Shown: positions 31,543 to 42,441, counted from the stretch's first letter. The stretch: DNA of 64,000 bases from Planctomycetota bacterium (GCA_965223545.1 OZ245006.1:4512001-4576000); one strand, 5' to 3'. The notes: generated by a model not told the origin, from the letters alone. Numbers and translations are program-made.

Positions 31543-34374
31543 TCACCCCTCATCGGCGGGACGTTCATGGGGCCCTCTTTCCGACACCAAAACTCTAAAC
31601 CCAACGTCACCGTATCCTCTTCTCGCTTCGCGCTCGAACAAGCGGCCAACTTCGAGAAACTCCTCCAAGAAGTTCCAAGAACCCCCGGCAACATCAACGT
31701 AATCCGGCGCCTTGCCCTTTTCAGCGGTCGCGCTGAGACCACACCACTCCCACACATTACCCGCCAAGTCCAGGTGGCCATGTTTGCCCGCTCCAGTTAT
31801 GTAACAGCCCACGGGGGTTGGGCCACCTACCTTCGAGCCGTAGTTCGCTCTTTCTTCATTGGGCTCCTCTCCTCCCCACGGCCAAGCTCCATCAGGGTGT
31901 TCCGCGAAGAACCGTCGCTCTGTGGGTGTGGGAAGGCGAACGACGGCCCCGACCCTTGCGGTCTTCCACCTGCACCAAGCAATGGCGTCGAACCACGTCA
32001 CGCTGACGACCGGTGAACTCGTAGATCGTAGTTGATCCGACCAATCAGCCGGCGGGACAGGCGGCGAGGCCCCATCCGGCCGCCACCACTCAACGTCCTC
32101 ATACGCTCCATCCTCTACGAATTCAGCAAACTCACCAACGGTGACTGGGAAGCGCGCAAGACGCAATCCCGCTCCTCGTGGCAATAGGTTGGAATCAAAG
32201 TCCGCCAGTCGGGGATCGCCAATCTTGGCCAGCGCGTTAGCCGCCTCTATGCGGTCATAGACTCGATAGTATCCTCGATCCAAGCTTGCAATGAGCCGCC
32301 GACGAATATCGTCGATGCGACGATCTCGTGTCTTACTCCTCTTTCGCGGCGTCTTGAGGCTTGCGCTCTCAGCAACAGCCTGCGCCAAGATCCCCGCTAA
32401 TCGAACGCACGAAACGTCCTCACGCTCCGAATTTCCATCAATCAGCTGGCCGACCAAGTCCCATACCTTGCTAGACATACCCTTCTGCGCACAGTCCAAA
32501 ACCACATAGGTCAAGACCTCCCGCCATGTCATTGGATCTGATGCAAGAAGATCCGCCAAGGATACTTCACTGCTACCATCTCTCCCTGGAAGATCCTGGA
32601 TTGGAAAATCGTCATCGAAAGAAAGAAACTGGCCCGCGAGAAACTCCTGAAAGCTGCGATGAGGAAACCGATAGAATCCCCGCTGATCAGAAAGGAGCAG
32701 ACCCGATCGCTGCTCAAGGTAATCAACCATTCCTGACACATTGATCGCGTCAAAATCGGCCCCCGCTTCGCGTAAAGCTTCATAAAGCAATGTCGCGGGA
32801 ATTGACGCCGGCTGATCCCCTTCCCCCTCTCCTTGCTCCCGATGCACTCGGAAAGCGGTATCTCGCAGTGCTGAAAGTACGTCGTCACGCTCGAGCTTGA
32901 AACGTTCGGTAAAAACCTCAACCCCTTTCGCCAATCGCACCTTGTTCCATTTATCAAAGAACAGCTCGATACACCGCTCGTAGATCGCCGCTCGCCCACC
33001 CTGACGCAATTCTCCGGCAGCGTCAAGCGAAGTGATGAGCGTCAGGGTCAAGGGCCGCTCAGACAGCGGTACGAGCGACGGCTCTCGCCGGATTCTGTCA
33101 AGCAGCTGATCGGGACGGCTCCCAACATCGGCCGACCCGAGATGGCCGCTGTGTGCGAGGTGTTTATACCATCCGCGAACGAAGTGCTCCGTCGCTCGCG
33201 GCGACAATGGAGCGATAACATCATCCTGAAAACCGTCTAACCTCCACGTGTCCTTCTCTCGATAAGCATATGGACGACTCGTCACGAGAATCCGAACCGC
33301 CGGGTAAGCCTTGGCGAACTTCTTGATGACACTCTTGAGTCGCGTCCTCTCGTCGGGCCGGGCCGGCGTTTCGTCCAGTCCATCGAGAATCAGAAACACA
33401 CCTCGCCCCCCAATCGCAGCCGAACTTAGCTCTCGGCGAATGAAAGGCGCAAATCCGGACGGTATACGAAACTGCGCCCCATCAGACTCAAGATGGCGCA
33501 GCAGGTGATCGGCGTCAATATCCGTATCCGCAGTCGGAAAGGCGCTAGAATCCGCCACGAATGCACGAAGCTCAACAAAGAGAGGGATAAGCGCGCCGTG
33601 CGGCCAAATCTCCTCACTTCCATCCGCTCCCACCAACTTCTGCAACCAATGATGAGCCTGCGAGCGGGCTAGCCCCGCCAAACACAGCGCGAGAAACCTG
33701 CTGAAGGCTGTTTTCCCGCTTCCTGCGGGCCCCAACAGAACAAAATTCTGATACGTGCTAACCGCTCTTACTACAGGTTCACGACTCTCAAGATCTAGGG
33801 CTGTGTATACTTCGTCGAGTGCGGGCGCCTCATCGTCTGCCTGTCGGATCGCAGCCATAGGTAGCACCCGCAGTCGATTCCAAAGAGCGTCGAGATACGC
33901 GTCGCGCTGGAGCGCGAAATCACCATACTCCGCGTCCCATCCATAGAACCGGTCGCGGACCTCCTGGGCCCGTTCAAGTCGGTGACGAAGATCGTCCCAC
34001 GCGTCAACACGGAGATCGAACCGAGTTGAACGACTCAGGCTACGCACCGCCTCCTGTAAGGCCGCGTCTCGTCTCGCAGTTGTCGCGATAATGTATTGGT
34101 CTAGTTGCGGTGCAAATCGCGATGCCTTGGCGACCTCTTTCTGCACTTGGCCAATAGTGACTGGCCTTGACGACCATTGATCGCGCAGTTTGCATTGTAC
34201 GCCCACCACCTTGCCGTCGAGCGTCCCGGATATGTCGACACCCTTTTGTGTCTGCCCACCGACACCGATGAGCTGGGCTGATCCTGGATCCCATTCTGCC
34301 GAATAGAGCTCCAAGCAAAGGCTCTCGAAGTCTTGCCAGTTTGCCGGAGGGGGAAGCTGAATCGGGCGAGACAT
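31543..34374 (-). CDS. Mrr-like REase + NACHT NTPase + FGE-sulfatase-domain protein (NLR-like)
   Basis: WQDFE.LC...GVDI...VQCK; GPAGSGKT; ILDGLDE; LVTSRP; F.HRSFQEFLA; PVVSVTWFDA, DLAGNVWEW, GGSW, GFRV. Confidence 0.88.
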   Translation of the reverse strand: MSRPIQLPPPANWQDFESLCLELYSAEWDPGSAQLIGVGGQTQKGVDISGTLDGKVVGVQCKLRDQWSSRPVTIGQVQKEVAKASRFAPQLDQYIIATTARRDAALQEAVRSLSRSTRFDLRVDAWDDLRHRLERAQEVRDRFYGWDAEYGDFALQRDAYLDALWNRLRVLPMAAIRQADDEAPALDEVYTALDLESREPVVRAVSTYQNFVLLGPAGSGKTAFSRFLALCLAGLARSQAHHWLQKLVGADGSEEIWPHGALIPLFVELRAFVADSSAFPTADTDIDADHLLRHLESDGAQFRIPSGFAPFIRRELSSAAIGGRGVFLILDGLDETPARPDERTRLKSVIKKFAKAYPAVRILVTSRPYAYREKDTWRLDGFQDDVIAPLSPRATEHFVRGWYKHLAHSGHLGSADVGSRPDQLLDRIRREPSLVPLSERPLTLTLITSLDAAGELRQGGRAAIYERCIELFFDKWNKVRLAKGVEVFTERFKLERDDVLSALRDTAFRVHREQGEGEGDQPASIPATLLYEALREAGADFDAINVSGMVDYLEQRSGLLLSDQRGFYRFPHRSFQEFLAGQFLSFDDDFPIQDLPGRDGSSEVSLADLLASDPMTWREVLTYVVLDCAQKGMSSKVWDLVGQLIDGNSEREDVSCVRLAGILAQAVAESASLKTPRKRSKTRDRRIDDIRRRLIASLDRGYYRVYDRIEAANALAKIGDPRLADFDSNLLPRGAGLRLARFPVTVGEFAEFVEDGAYEDVEWWRPDGASPPVPPADWSDQLRSTSSPVVSVTWFDAIAWCRWKTARVGAVVRLPTPTERRFFAEHPDGAWPWGGEEPNEERANYGSKVGGPTPVGCYITGAGKHGHLDLAGNVWEWCGLSATAEKGKAPDYVDVAGGSWNFLEEFLEVGRLFEREARRGYGDVGFRVLVSERGPHERPADEG

Positions 34375-34523
34375 TGCTTTTGGCTAGTATAGCCTCCAGG
34401 ATTGGCACCATCGAGTCTTGGGGGCAATTCGGGCGGCCACTCCGTGCAGCCGAAGGGTCCAACAATTCGGCCGAACCAGAAGCTGTGGAAGACCAGGTAC
34501 TAGCGTCGGCGTAGAATCGGGGA

Positions 34524-34690
34524 ATGACGGCCGACACCTTCGCTTTCCAGCTGTTGCTTGCAACGTTCGGGGGATGGGTGAACCGCGAGCAAGCGCAGGT
34601 CATCGACTACCTGCGCGAGGAGAATCGAGTTCTGAAGGAACAGCTCCGCGGACGACGAGTGCGCCCGACGGACGACCAACGCCGGCTACG
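34524..34690 (+). pseudogene. N-terminal remnant of a third rve transposase
   Basis: QLLLATFGGWVNREQAQVIDYL.EENRVL matches the 30386 protein, then breaks off. Confidence 0.75.
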
Positions 34691-34718
34691 CGGGGGCGAG
34701 AAACGACCGTGGCCCGCG

Positions 34719-35519
34719 TGGTCCGAATATTCGGACGGTGCCGATTGAGGCCGTCGCTGGCGGATTCGATCTCCATTCGGCCACCGCGGCCTGCGACGCC
34801 GTGCGGACGATTTCGACGCGGGCGCGTGCGAGGATCGCGCAGAAGTGTTTCGTGAACCTCGTATCTCAGTGCGTGACGAGGCCGCGAGCAGTCCACACCT
34901 CAGTCGTGAAGAAGTCGGCCGCGGCGATCACGTCAGCATGGGTTCGGAGGAACGTGCGCCACGAGGTGGGGCGGTCGGGGGGCCGATGCCGTGCTCCTTC
35001 AAGGTCTTCGCGATCGTGGACTTCGCGACGTCGTGGTCGAGCTTCATGAGCTCGCCGCGGATGCGCCCGTAGCCCCACCCGGCGTTGTCGGTGGCCATGC
35101 GCACGATTAGAGCGCGGATAGCCTTCATGAGGCCGGGGCGGCCGACGCGCTTGGTCGAGTGGGCCGGGTGAGTCCACTTGGCGGCGATCAGCTGACGGTG
35201 CCAGCGCATGATCGTGTCAGGCGTGACGATCGTGGCGACCTGGTGGAGGAGTCGCCAACCGAGCACCTTGCCCTTCGCGGCGAGTCGTCGGCGCTGGTCA
35301 TCCGTGAGGCGGGGGCGCTTGTTGCCGAGCTGCTCCCGCATGACTCGGTTCTCTTCAACCAAGGAGGCGACAACTTGAGCTTGCTCGCGGTTGACCCAGC
35401 TTGCGAAGGTGGCGAGCAGCAGCTGGAGCGGGAAGAAGTGGGGCATCGGACCCGATGATCGGCTCCTGATGCCCTCGTCGTAAGCTGAGTGTTCTCAGGC
35501 CGATCGAATAATCGGACCA
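34719..35519 (-). mobile_element. rve element copy 2, internally deleted and frameshifted
   Basis: IRs TGGTCCGAATATTC / GAATAATCGGACCA with CGCG flanks; ORFs 34928-35446 and 34866-35177 are pieces of the transposase. Confidence 0.78.
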
Positions 35520-35695
35520 CGCGGGCGGCGCGAGGGAACGCGCCGTGGTCGCTAGCAACTCACGTGCCGTCCGAATCTGCGACCTAGCCCGTCGACCAGA
35601 GGTTTCCTGCGACCTTGGTCGCAGATAGAGGCATCTGGAACCAAAACACCTGACTTACGTGCACTAGATGAACGACTTGAACGAGCTGACCGTTC

Positions 35696-37301
35696 GCGGG
35701 ATAGGCATTTCAAAGTGCCTCCGGCCTTCGCAAGAGGCCATCGGCGAACCGCCCCATGGTTCCGAACCGCTCGGCAGGTGCGGTGAGGCGTCCCCGACGA
35801 GGTGAAACGCCCGAGTTTCCGGGGTGCGCGCAGACCCCATGCGCGCGGCGACCCGATCATGGCATGCAACCCGTTCACTCGAACGGCAGCGGCGGCTCGG
35901 GCGGGCCGCGAGCCGCCGCGATGAGCGGCGGCTCCGCGGGCAGCTCGAGATGGCGCAAGATGCGGTCGAGGACCGCGGGGTCGGTCAACAGGTCGAGCAC
36001 CTTGCGCGGTCCGCCGCAGTGCGGGCACACCAGGACGTCCACCTTGAACACCCGCTGCATCAGCTCGGCCCACGAGTACCTCCGGCGTCCACGACGTGGC
36101 GGTGGTGGACGGTCGTCGTTGCCGTCGGAGTCCGCGCGATGCGCGCAGGTGGGCTGTTCGTCTTCCGGCGGGTCCGGGACGACGAGGTCGCGGTAGGCCG
36201 CGGCCGGCGCGAACACCCCGTGGTAGGTGACGAGGTGCACGCGCGGTCTTGGCACCAGCGCGGCGAGGCGTGCGATGAAGTCGAGCGGGTCGAGGACCAC
36301 GTGCGTCGAGCCGTCGCGGTAGCGCTTCTTCAGCTTGTAGAGCACTTTTGTGCCGTCCTTGGACAGCGACAGGCGCTCGTGGACGATGGCAGGCCGTGCC
36401 ACGTAGCGGCACAGCTTCTCGAGCCGCTCGGGGCTGAACTCCGGTATGCGCACCGCCGCGTTCAGCGAGAAGCCATCGCAGGATGCGCACAGCTTGCCGC
36501 GCTTGACAGCGGCTCGTGAGCGGTGCCGCGTCCGAGCCGCGGCGCAATGTGACCGGCGTGCGGACCGAGCGCGATCTTGCCCTGTACCGACGCAGCGCTA
36601 AGTCCTTCGAACAGCGACGGCTCGTCACAGCCGGGGTCGTCGATGCCTTCGTCGTCTTCGGGCGGTGGCTTGCCCCGCTTGCGCAGCAGCCGCAGCACGC
36701 GATCTCGCAGCGTCTTCACCAGGCTCTGGATGTCGTCGTCGGTGGGGGGCGTGGTGTCGTAGAACTCGGCGCGATCGCGCGGCTCGTCGTCGCGGAAGTC
36801 GATCGAGAAGACGCCGTCCGGCCAGAGCATGTGGAAGTGGACTCAATCGGAGCGCCGAGTCGAAGCGCTGGATGAAGGTCACGCAGCCGGTGCGCGGCTC
36901 GGCGATGCCGCGCCGCTTCGCCCGCGCGCGGTACCACGACGAGATCGCGCGCACGACGACGCGGCGCACCGCCGAGCACAGCGCGGGGTCGAAGGCGCAC
37001 AGAAACCGCACGCGATCGGGCAGCGCCAGCACCCACTGACGCACCCGCACCTCTGGCAGCACGCGGTCGACGAGGTGCGCGGCGGTGTCGGCCATGCGCC
37101 GCGCGCCACACGACGGGCAGAATCCGCGGCGCTTACACGCGAACGCCACCAGGTCGTCCTTCCCACAGGCCGCGCAGTGCACGCGGCAGAAGCCCCGCGC
37201 CCCGCCAGCACCTGGTAGAGCACGGTCTTCTCGGGCTCCCGGCGGACGCGGGTCGGGCCCGCGGCCGCGCGCGGGCGGGGGAGGGTCGCGGTGGTGCCCA
37301 C
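35696..37301 (-). mobile_element. Decayed IS91/ISCR (HUH Y2) element; terIS not located
   Basis: Pieces in several frames: TVLYQV, CKRRGFCPSCGARRM, RQWVL..P, QRF.SAL...HFHMLWPDGVF, LE.LCRY.ARP, LDF.ARLAALVP.PR.HL..YHGVFAP; oriIS downstream. Confidence 0.85.
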
Positions 37302-37602
37302 GATCTCCTGTGCCCCGCACCCGGCGCGCGGGCACGCGCAGCCCTTGGGTCGACCGCCCGGCCCCCCAAGCCCGGCCCACGTTGTTGCCGATAACGCCGA
37401 GGGTTACGGCGCTCGCCCCCAGCCGCCCGCGTTGACGGTGCGCGGCCTGCGGGAGTAACGTGCCGCGCCCGCCTTCCGCCGCTCCGCCATGCCCGCTGCC
37501 CGCCCTGCGCCCCGTGCCCACGCCCCCGGTACCACCGGCGTGATCGGTGGGGAGGCGCATTCTCGGACCCCGACGCTCATAGGGCGTAGAGGGGTTGGGG
37601 TC

Positions 37603-39381
37603 TCAGCCGATCCAGAGCTCCAAGCCCGGGCTCATCGCGACCCCGCCCGGTGCGGAGCCGTCGAGCACGAGGACTTGAGCGTTGATGTTGAGGCCGGCCA
37701 GCGTGGGCTGCGGTGGGATCGACCAAACCACCTGGGCCGTGCCCGTTCCGGGGACGCCACCGGGTCCGGAGAGCGCCAACGGCAGTGTCGCGCTGGGCAG
37801 CACGTGCAGGGTTCCGCCGAGCAGCGGGGTGCTGACGCGCGAGGCCGGGCCGGTGCCGAGCAGCAGAGCGGCGGGAGCGCCGCCGAGCGCGCTCGTCACG
37901 TCGATCGACGTGATCTGTCCCGTGGCGATGGGGCCGGTCGCGTCGATCTGCGGCGCCAGTGCTCCTGTGCCGGCGGTTCCGTTTCCGTATGGAAGCGTCC
38001 CGAACGGGGTGTTGGCGTAGATGCGCAGCGTGCCCGTCCGACCGTCGGGCCACGCCGCGACGAACCGGTTCGCCGCGGCGGCAGTAGTGACCCAGCGGAC
38101 TTCGCCCTGACCCGGCGTCGCGCCGGTGTTGAGGCGGCGATCAACGGGGAGCCAGGTCGAGCCACCGTCGAGCGAGTGGTTGTAGTAGACCGCGCGCGCA
38201 AACTGGCCACCGAAGCCGGCGTTGTGGCGCCAATCCGACCAGGCGACGAACACGCTGCCCGCGAGGGTCGCGATCGACGGCAGTTCGCCGCCGACCGTGC
38301 CGTTGTCGAGGCGGACATCGCTGGCGAGCCAGGCCGCGCCGCCGTCGAGGGAGCGGGAATAGAACACGCCACCCCGATTGTCTTGCCACGTGGCGTGCAC
38401 TGTGCTGCCTTCAGCGGCGAGCGCCAGCCTGAGCGAGTAACTGGCGCCGGGCGGATCGGTGTCGAGCCGCCTCTCCTGCGCGAGCCAGGTCGTGCCCGCA
38501 TCCAGCGAGCGGTTGAAGTAGATGTCCTGTTCGCCGTTGCGCGAGTCTTCCCAACCGACGGCGACCATCGTGCCTCGGGCCAGAATGGTCGGGTTGGCCG
38601 ATCGCGTGGTCGACACGCTCGCGTTGGTGTTGATCCGGATCTCCGCCGGCAGCCAGGTTGCGCCACCGTCGGAGGAGCGGTTGAAGTAGATGTCGCCCGG
38701 CCGGGAGCCACCGTGGCGGTGGTCGCTCCAGACCAGGTAGACGTGGGGCGGGGCGACCGCCATCTCATGGTTGAACGACGTTGACGGGTCGCTGTCGACC
38801 CGAACCGGCGTGGTCCAGTGCGTGCCCCCGTCGAGCGAGCGGCTGAGGTAGATGTCGCTGGAGCGCTCGGTCCAGGAGACCCAGACCTCGGGACCGACCG
38901 CGAAGACCCTGATTTCGTGGGCCGTGCCGCTCGCCACCTGCGTGTTGATGCGCTGGTCCGTCGTGCGCCAGGTCGTTCCGCGGTCCAACGACCGCGTGAA
39001 GTACACGTTGGTACCGGTGAGTCGCGACTCGACCCAAGCCACGTACACGCTCGATCCCGACACGGCCACGGCCGGCAGGCGCGAGATCCAGCGACCCGCG
39101 GCCATCAGGCTGATGCGCTTGTCGTCGACCAACCAGGTCGCGCCCCCGTCGAGCGATCGGTTGAAGTGGATGTCCGTTCGGGTCGCATGGGCGCGCGCGT
39201 CGGCCCACACGACGAAGATGCCGTCGCCGCCGTCGGTGGCGATCTGCTGCTCGGAGGCAAACCCTGTGGTCGGGTCGTTGGTCGTCACTTGCACGTCGGG
39301 AACGCGCTGGGCGACAGCAGGCATCGCCATGGCGGCCAACAGCGAGACGGGGATGCTCACGCCGACGAGACTGCTCCACAT
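37603..39381 (-). CDS. Secreted BNR/Asp-box (sialidase-like) beta-propeller protein
   Basis: Repeated F.RS.DGG.TW; signal peptide ending AVAQ. Confidence 0.85.
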   Translation of the reverse strand: MWSSLVGVSIPVSLLAAMAMPAVAQRVPDVQVTTNDPTTGFASEQQIATDGGDGIFVVWADARAHATRTDIHFNRSLDGGATWLVDDKRISLMAAGRWISRLPAVAVSGSSVYVAWVESRLTGTNVYFTRSLDRGTTWRTTDQRINTQVASGTAHEIRVFAVGPEVWVSWTERSSDIYLSRSLDGGTHWTTPVRVDSDPSTSFNHEMAVAPPHVYLVWSDHRHGGSRPGDIYFNRSSDGGATWLPAEIRINTNASVSTTRSANPTILARGTMVAVGWEDSRNGEQDIYFNRSLDAGTTWLAQERRLDTDPPGASYSLRLALAAEGSTVHATWQDNRGGVFYSRSLDGGAAWLASDVRLDNGTVGGELPSIATLAGSVFVAWSDWRHNAGFGGQFARAVYYNHSLDGGSTWLPVDRRLNTGATPGQGEVRWVTTAAAANRFVAAWPDGRTGTLRIYANTPFGTLPYGNGTAGTGALAPQIDATGPIATGQITSIDVTSALGGAPAALLLGTGPASRVSTPLLGGTLHVLPSATLPLALSGPGGVPGTGTAQVVWSIPPQPTLAGLNINAQVLVLDGSAPGGVAMSPGLELWIG

Positions 39382-39529
39382 AGGCTCTAGTCTTGCCGCT
39401 GGAGGTGGCTTGTCAATCCGGGTGGCAGTGCCGTCTGAGGAGCCTGACGAGCGACCCCGGTTGACGGCGGCTTGGCAACGGCTGACACTCGGCGCTGTTG
39501 CTGAACACTAGCGGCTAAAGGAGTCTGGC

Positions 39530-42091
39530 GTGCTCGCGCTCGCATCAGTCTGTGCAGTTCTCGCCACTCTTCAGCAGGATCTGTTCGCGCTCTTGCAGAA
39601 GCAGGGGTTTCCTGCGAGTGCCGAAGAGACCAGCGCGTTGGCGTTCGCCGATGTCGATGCCGACGGCGACCTCGATCTCTTTCTCGGCAACGGCTCGCGT
39701 GCCGGCGGCGTGGTCCGACTCTATCTCAACGACGGCGGGTGGCGTTTCGTGGATGTAACAGCGAACTCGATGCCGGCTTTGGTTGGTCAAACGTGGACGT
39801 TCGCCACGGCCGATGTGGACCGCGACGGCGACGTCGATTTGTTTGTCGGAAACGTGGGGCAGTCCCGGCTGTATCTGAATGACGCCGCGGGCAGTTTCTT
39901 GGATGTAACGAGTGCGCGCCTTCCGCAGGCCTCGGCGCCCACTACTGGTGTGGTGCTGGAAGACTTCGACGGCGATGGTGACGTCGACGCGGTTCTCGCG
40001 AACGCCCGAACGCAGAACCTGCTGTATCTCAATGATGGAAGCGGGTTCTTCTCCGACGTGACCGCAAGCCATATGCCGGTGGCGGCATGGGAGGCGTCCG
40101 CGGCTGCGGCCGGTGACGTTGATGGAGACGGAGACTTGGATCTCGTGTTCGCCAACTATTCGTGCTTTCCGGCGGAGAGAAACGAGCTGTATCTGAACGA
40201 TGGTGTCGGCAGGTTTACGGATGCGACATTGACCAACATGCCCGCGGATGTGGACGCCACGATGTGTGTTTCGCTGAGTGACATTGATGCGGATGCAGAT
40301 CTGGACCTGGTCTTCGGCAACTACGTGGGGCAGGATCGCGTCTACGTCAACGACGGATCGGGGGTCTACCGAGACGAGACCTCGCAGAGACTGCCAACCG
40401 ATTCTGCTGGTTCCTGGGCGATCGCGTTCGGCGACGTGGATAATGATGGCGATGGCGACCTGATTATTGGTCGAGATTTTCGCAATGTTATCTATGTCAA
40501 CGATGGAGGAGGCGTGTTCGTCACAGCTGCGGTGCAGCTTCCTTCACGAACGGGTCCCAGCTTTACCAGCACCGTCATTCTGGGAGACATTGATGGAGAT
40601 CGTGATCTTGACTGTGTCTACGGAGGGATTCACGGCAGCTGGCTGCTCATCAACGATGGGAGGGGCCAGTACTCTGATATGTTGCAACCGCGGCTCGCGA
40701 ACCCGCTGCCTTCGTTTCCGGTCGCTTTGAGTTTCAGGGACGCGCCAGTAACATTGCTCGATGTGGACCGGGACGGGGACGAAGATGCGGCTTTCCTGAC
40801 GCGTTGGGGCTGCCTGCTGTTTGTTAATGATGGTAATGGATGTTTCGGTGACGTAACTGAATCTCAGATGCCTGTTTTGGCATCGGGACTCCGGACCATG
40901 GGTGTTGGAGACGTCGAAGGCGATGGCGATCCCGACATTGTTTTTGTTGATGGGTTGCGAGTTGGCACCTATGAGAACAATGGTCGTGGAGTGTTTTCCG
41001 AGAACCCGAGTTGGTCTTTTGTATCGGGTATGGTTCCGTGGAGCCTGGTCGCTGGTGACTTGGATGGCGACGGCGACGCGGACGTCGTACTCGGTGGCAA
41101 GAACGAAATCGAGCTGTGGTTGAGCGATGGGGCTGGAGCATTCTTGTTCGCGGGCCAGCATCGATTCACCGGTGGCGTCGCGGCGGACTTGGCTCTGGGG
41201 GATCTGGATCTGGATGGTGATCCCGATCTCGTGCTAGGCGTCAACGGTAACCGTGGTTACCTGAACCCCGCGCAGAACCGGATCTACCTGAACAATGGAA
41301 CGGCTGTCTTCGTCGACGCGACGTCGGCCCGGATTCCGCAGCTGGACGACGATACGTCCGGCGTTGCGATCGCGGACGTCGACGGAGATGGAGCGAAAGA
41401 CATCGTTTGCGCCAACCTCGGCGGAAGCCCCCAAGACCGACTGTACCTCAACGATGGCGCGGGGTTTTTCTCGGATGTGACCAGTTCCGCCTTGCCGCCA
41501 ATTCAAATGGCGAGCTATGAGGTGGTCGTTGCGGACGTGGACAGTGACGGAGACCGCGACTTGGTCTTCGTCGGAATCGAGGGCGATCCGCTGCGGATCT
41601 ATCTCAACGATGGATCGACACGGTTTGCGGACGCCGGACCGCGGGCCTTTCCCGCAGGTGTGCTCGGAGCCAACTCCGTTGCTGCCGCCGATGTAGACGG
41701 CGACGGAGATGAGGATCTTCTCACCAGCGCTCATCTCTTGGTCAACATGCAGCGTCAACTCGACGCTCCATACTTGCTGCGAAGCGGTCAGCCGTACCTC
41801 TTGGAGACCCACTCGCGATCCGGATTACCGGCGGTTTCCGTGGCGATGCTCTCGACGCTCCGCGCCTCATACCCCTTCGGTGCCGCAGGAACTCTCGGCT
41901 TGGCACCTGGGAGCATCTTCGTGCTTCCACCGTTGCTCATGCAGCCTCAGACGGGATTCGCCAGCCACCGGGTCATGGTCCCCGGCGACCCATCGTTGTC
42001 TGGCGTCCCGCTTCACGCGCAGGCAATCCTCATCCCCCTCTTCATGCCCCCCGAGTTGACGAGTGTCGTCAGCGATCGGGTGCTGCGCTGA
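39530..42091 (+). CDS. Secreted FG-GAP/VCBS repeat protein
   Basis: Many D.DGDGD.DL...LYLNDG.G.F.D repeats. Confidence 0.88.
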   Translation: MLALASVCAVLATLQQDLFALLQKQGFPASAEETSALAFADVDADGDLDLFLGNGSRAGGVVRLYLNDGGWRFVDVTANSMPALVGQTWTFATADVDRDGDVDLFVGNVGQSRLYLNDAAGSFLDVTSARLPQASAPTTGVVLEDFDGDGDVDAVLANARTQNLLYLNDGSGFFSDVTASHMPVAAWEASAAAAGDVDGDGDLDLVFANYSCFPAERNELYLNDGVGRFTDATLTNMPADVDATMCVSLSDIDADADLDLVFGNYVGQDRVYVNDGSGVYRDETSQRLPTDSAGSWAIAFGDVDNDGDGDLIIGRDFRNVIYVNDGGGVFVTAAVQLPSRTGPSFTSTVILGDIDGDRDLDCVYGGIHGSWLLINDGRGQYSDMLQPRLANPLPSFPVALSFRDAPVTLLDVDRDGDEDAAFLTRWGCLLFVNDGNGCFGDVTESQMPVLASGLRTMGVGDVEGDGDPDIVFVDGLRVGTYENNGRGVFSENPSWSFVSGMVPWSLVAGDLDGDGDADVVLGGKNEIELWLSDGAGAFLFAGQHRFTGGVAADLALGDLDLDGDPDLVLGVNGNRGYLNPAQNRIYLNNGTAVFVDATSARIPQLDDDTSGVAIADVDGDGAKDIVCANLGGSPQDRLYLNDGAGFFSDVTSSALPPIQMASYEVVVADVDSDGDRDLVFVGIEGDPLRIYLNDGSTRFADAGPRAFPAGVLGANSVAAADVDGDGDEDLLTSAHLLVNMQRQLDAPYLLRSGQPYLLETHSRSGLPAVSVAMLSTLRASYPFGAAGTLGLAPGSIFVLPPLLMQPQTGFASHRVMVPGDPSLSGVPLHAQAILIPLFMPPELTSVVSDRVLR

Positions 42092-42130
42092 TGCTGCGGG
42101 AATGGGGCCGTCGGCGATCCGGCCCGTCAA

Positions 42131-42415
42131 TCAGGGTGGCAGCGCCACGTCGATCGTGCACGGCGCGCATCCCTCGCAGCCGAGCGCGATCGCTCCCCAG
42201 CCCGACGGCACCACCAGCTGGCCGCTGCCGCGGCCGTTGCCGCGCAGTTGGATCTCGACGGTCTGCTTCGCGCCGGGGTCGTCGCGGTCGCTGGCCACGA
42301 CTTGCACCTGCTGGCCCGCCCGCGCGGGGTCCTCGAAGACGATGGTGAGGATGCCGCCGTCCGGCACGGGCTCGCGCGAAGTGCGCGCGAAGCAATCGAG
42401 CTTGGGCTCATCCAT
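42131..42415 (-). CDS. Small hypothetical protein
   Basis: MDEPKLDCFART...CEGCAPCTIDVALPP, directly downstream of epmA. Confidence 0.5.
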   Translation of the reverse strand: MDEPKLDCFARTSREPVPDGGILTIVFEDPARAGQQVQVVASDRDDPGAKQTVEIQLRGNGRGSGQLVVPSGWGAIALGCEGCAPCTIDVALPP

Positions 42416-42441
42416 TTGGACCGCTGATCGTAAGCGCCGGG

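Noticed and set aside
10900..41740. Periodic sequence in the Kelch, BNR and FG-GAP genes as CRISPR or DNA repeat arrays
   Set aside because: These are degenerate protein-level repeats within ORFs; there is no identical repeat-spacer structure and no cas genes
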